A stretch of 56,120 nucleotides of DNA, counting the filler, from Platydemus manokwari (Eukaryota), in the NCBI GenBank assembly GCA_037951405.1. It is 5 parts of 5 records of this genome, joined end to end, with 100 filler letters (N's around TTAATTAATTAA, not from the genome) between each part and the next. Parts side by side here need not be neighbours in the genome. Positions count along the whole stretch, not along the records: positions 45,382 to 56,120 come from JBBMOY011109220.1; 4 more parts are not named here. One strand, 5' to 3'. The notes under the pieces are model-generated. The model saw nothing but the letters and a program-made list of their open reading frames with translations. It was not told the DNA's origin and did no database searches. Of the stretch, positions 48,701-56,120 are shown piece after piece. Within the stretch, counting starts at the first letter, position 1. Every line of letters begins with the position of its first letter. Both the position numbers and the translations under genes were made by a program.

Positions 48701-51700
48701 TAATCTGCATAAAATGCTTCGTGATTATTTTTTATATGTTCAAATTATTCATCGAAATTATGATTTTTCTTATGATTTTGTTTATTTTTTATTTTAGGAC
48801 TGTTTTTATCCATGGTTTAATTTTCTTTTTTGTTTTCATGTTGTATCTTCTTTTTATTAGAGACTATGGAATTGCTGGATTTTGCCAGCAATTTCACTAT
48901 CGGGTCCACTTTAAAAACCAATATTAATAATACAGACTAGTTAGACATTAAGAGGTGGATTAATAAATATATCAATGATGACAAGGTAAAAAAGTAAGTC
49001 TGAACAAAGAATTGAAAAATGTATTTTTCAGTTTAGTGAAATACTATTTTTAAGCCACAATTATCGTAGGGCAATCAAGAATCTAATGAAACGAAACAAA
49101 TTAAGAATAAAATATGACTAAAATATAACAGACAATAATTTTAGAAAATGCTATTAGATTTAGCAATTTACGTATGTTCCCAAATTGGTTTCATGAAACA
49201 TTGTTTTCATGAATTTGACCAACTAAAATTAGTTCTATTTATACGTCAGATTCTACTATTTTATATTTAAATAGACGAATGGAAATTAAATCAGTAGAAC
49301 TGTTTGATAAAATCAAGTTTTCATTTATAATAAAATACTTTAAAATACTTTAACTACAAAAATTTATAAAGCCGCAATACATAAATAAATACACAATAAC
49401 AACATAAACAAAAACTATAAACCCATACTAAGATTGTGAAAAGGCCCAAAGAATTTGAAACAAAAACGAAATTTTCGAAGTACTATTCTCACACTGAGGA
49501 ATCACATGTGAGCATTCACATACAAGAAAATCAGAGATTCTCAACTTTTGAGTCACAGATTTCAGATACCAGATCAACTGAACAAGTGATTTTTTATTGC
49601 GTAATTTAGTGACAAAACCTACAAGAGGATTGTTACCCATAAATTAACCAGTTAAAGTTCATTAGAATATTTGATAATCTTTCTAAAGTCAATCATCATA
49701 TAATTTCATTTTCTTCCAGAATTGGTTGTGCGAGAACAAACCCACAAAGAATATCACATCACACATTTATTATTCTATTTATACTAGTATGTCATTATAA
49801 TTTATATTGAATTTTTCGGCCCCAAGTTATTTTTGATCCATTTATTTGTATTTATATATAGAAGCACTCAATCTAGTAATTATTCACTGCCAAGAGTAAG
49901 ACAATTGAAAATTTCTGAAGTTATATTTCTGTTTGACGATTCTTTTCCATGGGGAATATTTTTCGTCGTATCGTCCTTCTAGGATTCGAATTTTTGTATG
50001 TTCATATTTGGATCCATTTAAATCTCAATTTCGTTTGCTTCTCCTTAAGATGCCAGCTTAAGTTTTTTTTAATTTTTACATTTACAACACGAGGCTTTAT
50101 TTGGGAATTTCCAGAATTGTAGCAAATTTTTCAAGCGGTTAAACCTGTGGTTTCTCCCTATGAGTATTATGAATTCCTAATTTTAATTTCATTCAACTCT
50201 TTTGAAAAGTAATATTCTTAATTCTTGAGGTTCTCTTTACAATTGCCCTAAGGGAAATGCTACAAAGTACGTAACCGCTATTTTGCGTTTTAAGAATGTT
50301 TAGATTTATTAGCTAAATTTTTTATGTAAATGCCAAGAAAGTCATTATTCTTGAAATATTTAATGAAGTTCTTGCTAAAATCAACGTTGGGATAAAAGTG
50401 ATTCACTATCATTGGAATAAAACATCTTTCGGTGATGTTTTATCACATTTTCTCAACACTTCGTTGTCAAATAAGGCCCAAGCAACGATATTATCTTGAG
50501 ATTTATTTCTTCGATTATTCTGAAAATAGTCCTTAACATATATTCAAGTCGTCTTCAATCGAAAATACTCATAATCGTGGAAGTTTCGATGGCCACTCTA
50601 GTTTGCAATATTCTAGTGATTCTTCAGTTGTAAGATTCAATGATAATTTTGAAAACTTTATTGAAAGAATTGTTAATGCAATTTTAATTAGTAAATCATA
50701 ATTTAATTAGTTGTTCACATTACTCGAGATAAATAAATAATTGCAAACATTTCTTTATGCATTTATAATTTGTTTGATATTTTAGTAATTTTATTAAATC
50801 AAACTTAATTCATTTAATAAAGCCCTTGATTTATGTCAGCAAATGATATCAGGAATTTTATTAACGGAAAATAACTGTCACAGCTGTCCAATCTAAATTG
50901 CATTGTGTTTATGAAGGCGACATTACAGTCAAATACTATACTATAAGTAAACATTGTGGTCATTGCTGTCAACTTGATTTTTTTTATTATATTTTTTATT
51001 TATTTTTAATTTCAAATAGATAAAATTTATAGCACATGTTTAACATTAAATTATATTTATAAAATATGAATAAATTTCCAAACTATTCCATGGCTTCATC
51101 ATTGCGTTCTGATAATGAATTCTGCTGAAAAGCTTTAAATAACTTGAACAATTTATAACAAAATACCGTTTACATTTCCTTTCATACCTGGTTTTTATCG
51201 AATTTTTGCCTAATTTAATATAACTGATGTCCTAACTATTCAGATAATAACATCATAGCTCTACTTTCAGATTTTTCAATTAGTGAAAACGCTCAACAAC
51301 TTCCGCTTACAAATGTATTTAATTGATAACATTATGCACAAGGGCAGAACCCCTTCATCCAAAGTTTGATAATAAGTCGAAAATATGAATCAATACATGA
51401 ATAAAAAAATTGGAAAAACATCACAGAACTCTTTCTGACTGCTATTAATAAATTCCTTGCGAATATGACACAAACACACGTTTTATAAATGCCAAGCCAA
51501 AAATCATATATAAAGAATGACGGTCAGTAGAAGATTGTCATTTCTTGAAAAAAGCCAAATCAAGAATTAATCGAAACAGATCGAGGCGGGTTATTTCGAT
51601 TTGTATTATTTATAATATTGTAAAGGACATTCGAGAATAATCATTCTGAATATCGGTAAGGTGGCTTAAAGTGCTAAGTGTACGTAATTGTATTTGCGCA

Positions 51701-52409
51701 CGCTGGTAATTTTGTGCCGTAATAGTATCTATGCAAGTAGTTGTAAGGAGCAAATCCTTGACAGGTATTTGGAACTTTTTAATAGGACGTGATCTGATTT
51801 TTATTGGCGAATCTATTTAAGCGCTCGGCTCTTATTTGAATTAATTTTGTAAAATTATCATGTACAGTGTTATAATTAATAAAGCTTAGTAATCAATTTA
51901 TATATCTTCTTTTGGAGTCCGATTAATAAGTTTACGAATATTGTTGTGCTTTACATTAGTAGACTCAACCTTACATGGAAATATGATAACAAAACACTTT
52001 GGGAAAATGTTAATAAAAAAAATCGTGATATAAAAATAAACAACTCGTTTAAAATACGAAAAAGAAAAATCAGCGAATGCTTTAAAAATACAATGGATAC
52101 ATAATAAGAGATTTGAACAAGTTGTCGATTATATAAGTTATTTTAATATCAGAATCGAACTAGTTCAAATTTGGATTTAATTTAAAAATATCAAATGAGA
52201 GAAAAAGTAAAACAAAATAAATTATCGAAAAAATCCATTCTCCACAATTATTTTATCAAGAGATCTGTATCGATATTTAAATATTATCAGTTGTCTCTGT
52301 ATTAATAATTAAATGAATCAATGATATTGTTGTTGTAAACCGTTTTTCACTAAGACGCATTGATCAATACAAACAAGAATAACTCTAAAACAATATAAAA
52401 CTTGTCTTC

Positions 52410-52720
52410 CAACTAACGGTATTTATATTTGGGATTTGTGTGTAATCTGTGAGTCACGTTTTGATTTAATCTTTTATTTCTCAGAATCCAATAATATTTA
52501 TTAATTTTGTGTACTCAGGTCAATCCCAATATGTGTGTTACTATGTGCCTGTCTATTTTCGAATTAGAATTTTCTATTTAAGCCAGCTGTGATTGCTGTG
52601 GTTGCTATACCTGCATGATCGTGTAGTTATGCAACTTCTTAACTTCTAAAATAAGAATACCGAAGTGCAAAATCGTTTTTCTTTTGTGATATTTTGTTTC
52701 TCCTCAACAATATTGCAATC
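52410..52720 (-). mobile_element. Decayed non-LTR retrotransposon (L1/Tx1-like ORF2 C-terminal region), relative of 33040-33330
   Basis: Nucleotide homology to 33067-33240. Translation pieces LRRNKISQKKNDFALR and INKYYWILRNKRLNQNVTH resemble zf-RVT-adjacent motifs. Confidence 0.42.
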
Positions 52721-55114
52721 ACTGCAGTTGAATCAGTAGTAATAATCAGACACTTTCACTAATAATTTATTCAATATCCTACACCAAAATCATTGAATGA
52801 CTTGTGATTTTCTCGAAACACTTTTCAATTTTCAAAATTATTAATAGATTCTCTATTTTTAAGATATATCCGTACCTATTTTTATATTTGCTGAAATATT
52901 TCAGATAAATAATAAAAATTCAATAACCTCAGCATCACTGGTTTCTTGAAGAGTTCGATAAAAGCTAAGGACAACATTTTAGCCGATATACAAATATTTT
53001 TATTTAAAAAGTACTGAAAACACCTTACACAAGAAAACATGGGTTTTGTAGAAACAATATTTCGCACATTTTCGATAAAAAATGACCTAATCAATACAAA
53101 GATAAATTAAAATTATAATTTCATCTACCATTTTGGATTATGTTATTAGTTTAATGTTTTATTAAGTCTTGACCTGAAATGCACTCGAGTATGCAGTGTT
53201 GCTGCTACATTAAAGTTTTGCTTCAGATAAAAAAATCAGAAATAATAAAATCATATTGACAATATAATTTAGGATGACATTACTAATTTAATAGGTATAG
53301 CGTGCAATAAACTAACGGTAGATTATATTAATTAAATCTAATAAATGGATTTCAGTTGCTATTCACTTCTGAGGTATTGATATTCGATTGAACTTAAAAA
53401 ATAAAATTCCGAACTAATTATCAATTAAATAAAAATCAATTGACAATTAATCTTCCCATTTTGAGAACCGAAATTTCCAACCCACTCAATTAGTAGATTA
53501 TAATTTTTAATTCTAGTTTTTTAAGTACCAAGAAAGCATGCTTCACAGAACACCTGCAATTCATTGTAACTCTACTAAATCTGATTATTTCATTGACAAA
53601 TGGAAATTAGAAAACAAGTCGTTATCTAAACAATGCAAAAGTCACAGATTTTTAATTGAAAAAATTATTAGAATCTTATTCGAATGACTCATCTGTTTCC
53701 AATAACGATATCAAATTGTATCAATACAATGTATTTTCGATGATAAAATCGAATTCGTTAATAAAAGATATTAAATTTCAACGTTCTGATAATATTGATT
53801 AAATTAATCACTCAATAGAATCATGTTTATCAGACATCGATAAACAAAATAAACGTGTAAAATATTTATCAAAAAACAAAATGTAGATTTTTGGCCTCGA
53901 TTTTATAAATGAAAATATTCTTCATAAAATTAAATCGATATGAATCAGATTATAATGAAATTGGATATTATTATTATTTCATCTTAATGTAAAAGTATTA
54001 TGTTTTATAATTATTAACATTCCAGAGTGTCAGTCTACATTATGTGTAATGATCAATGAATTAATTATAATGTAGACAGTTAATTAATTACTTATGCGAT
54101 TTATGAAAAATAATATTTGGCCTTTTGTGGTATTCAAAAAATTCGCATTGGAAAGGAATTTCAGAAATTCACTCGATTCATTTTCGACGAATCATTCAAA
54201 GTTGCTGCTGAATATATATGTGCGATTCGATTCAAAACCATGTCAAAATCTGAATTTAATCAGCATAAGAAGAATGTTTTAAAAATAAATGAAAGAAAAC
54301 TAAGAAATTACCCGCTAATGATCTTAATAATTATTTCAATATCGAATGAAAATATTGTGAAAAATGTGATAATTATTCGTTATAAATCCCGGATCATGAG
54401 ATTGTTTAGATTGCATTACAAACATAGAAATGTTTCGGACATTTATAAAAGGAAACCTTTGTCATAGATTCGATGGTTTCTTGTTGATATTTTTTTGAAA
54501 TGAATTATTAATAAAGAAAATCACTGAAATAAAAATCTAGGGTTGTCAATGAATAAAGTCGATTAAAAAATCTCAATAATCATAAGTTGTTATCACTGTT
54601 GTAAGGCGATATTTACAGCCGTTCTCGTGGATATGTTAAATTGCATTTACAATGTCTTTCAATTGAATCAGTAGTGTTACCATATCAAAGAAGCCACTCA
54701 TTGCTAACATCAGACTTTCAGACGGACAAATTAACCTTGATTACTAAACCAGACAGATATATCATAAATGAAAACGATAAGTTGTTCCATATAAAATTAA
54801 CAGTCGATTCGCAACTCCAATTATTTATTCCAATTACTTGAAAAAAATTCCAATTTTACACCAGCATCCAAATCAAATAACTCGGGAAAATCTTAACGCG
54901 ATTTAAAGTGAATCGTATTAACGAATAAAACTTCATCACAAAATAACCACTCCTCTCACCAGCCACACACACACACACAAGCACACCAAATGAATGATAA
55001 ATGAAAAGCTAGTCAATATATAATTATATTACAAGATAACGATACAAGAACTCATATGTTGATAAAAATCGATTGGATTTGAATTTCTGAAAAATCTGAA
55101 AGAATCCTATAAAC

Positions 55115-55557
55115 CTGTTTGATTGGGATCCTGAAAAAATCGAAAACGTGCATCATGAAATGATTCGATTATTTCCGATAACAATTACTTTGATAATTTC
55201 CGGAAACAATTCCAATCGTGATTTCACTTCGTCTGTCATCAGAATCCGTTTGCGACGTTTCTTTTGTGAAGATAAATTCCGATTGAAACCATTGGTGATC
55301 TGATCATGTAAAATGGAAGATTGGAAAGGTAAATTTGGAAATCCATTTCCCAAATTATTGTTGAGACTAGTTGGGAGAGAATTGGAGAATGTTGCCGAAA
55401 ACCCATTTGTCAAATTACTGAGCAGGGTCGGTGAAAGACTGTTTGATATACTTCCTATACAAGTGCGAAGAAGTTGATTTTGTGAAAGTTTTGAATTCAT
55501 TGTTGTCGAATCGGCATTAGCGGTATTCCTTTCGTCAGATAAATCGTCTGGAGTGAT
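55115..55557 (-). CDS. Divergent POU-like homeodomain gene fragment (Ser/Asn-rich linker, N-terminal arm and helix 1)
   Basis: Exon 55557-55189 (acceptor aattcAG, donor GTAATT) ends KKRRKRILMTDEVKSRLELFPEIIK. A 58-nt intron leads to 55130-55115 (DPNQT). R5, LE and P26 fall in homeodomain register against POU-type KKRTSIE....ALE..F....KP..EEI. Helix 3 is not linked by an evident splice path. Confidence 0.45.
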
Positions 55558-56120
55558 CTGAATTTATTTATTATTTATCTCAATTGATATGTTATACATT
55601 TCTATTGGTGACAATATTTATTGATGGTTTTAATTAATATTTATAAGAAATTTATTTCTAATACTTCTATTTTTACAGATATTAAATATAATTAAAAAAT
55701 TATAATTTGTTGAATCAGTAATATTCATTGACTTCAAACAATAATTCATATTTCATAATTAATAGACATATAAACTCATTACAAAGTACGAGAAATGATA
55801 CACAGATATTTGTAAGAGAATTGTTATTGGCTAATATTAATTCTCCATAAATCAATTATTATCTGACACAAGCTAAAAATAACGAATTACAAAAATGGAA
55901 AATAGAACATTGAAATAATGACAGGCATATTGACAATTTAATCTGCAATTAGTTACTGATTGTAATAAAATTTCAATTTTCTGAATTAATACTAATCAAT
56001 AACATAATATTCAAATGGTACATTAATTAGACTATTTCTCTTTATTGTAAATTATGATATGTCGTCTAGATATCATGCAATAAAAACTAACACAGTAAAA
56101 TATTTAAGATTTTGATATAA

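Noticed and set aside
48691-48927. Very hydrophobic 78-aa ORF (similar ones at 21359, 24039, 33483, 34005)
   Set aside because: F/I/L-rich translations are expected from T-rich non-coding or antisense DNA; no conserved motifs.
49890-50640. Protein-like minus-strand fragments (e.g. DNIVAWALFDNEVLRKCDK)
   Set aside because: Many stops in all frames and no recognisable family or splice model; cannot be supported without a search.
54094-54467. Plus-strand ORFs of 62 and 116 aa
   Set aside because: No recognisable domain and no consistent exon model on either strand; left uncalled.

Overview
This is AT-rich eukaryotic (animal) genomic DNA with very small GT-AG introns, mostly 30-60 nt. A planarian-like flatworm is my inference only. 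The window is not one locus: it is five contigs (1-8855, 8956-21715, 21816-32673, 32774-45281, 45382-56120) joined by artificial 100-nt linkers (N44-TTAATTAATTAA-N44), so neighbourhood across linkers means nothing. Recognisable genes are a liprin-beta-like 5' fragment, a ~2690-aa NO VEIN/sacsin-like GHKL ATPase with a C-terminal DUF3883 PD-(D/E)XK nuclease (3 exons, one of 7.6 kb), RMND1, intronless CYB5D1, an intronless DEG/ENaC channel and a divergent POU-like homeodomain fragment. Mobile and viral material includes a decayed Polinton/adintovirus capsid module (major capsid, GG-motif protein, penton), two 3' ends of one Mos1-like mariner, a probable solo LTR and several L1/Tx1-like relics. 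The most unexpected non-coding signal is a tandem pair of type III hammerhead-ribozyme relics at 35642-35807. All family calls are from manual translation and recalled motifs, not database searches.
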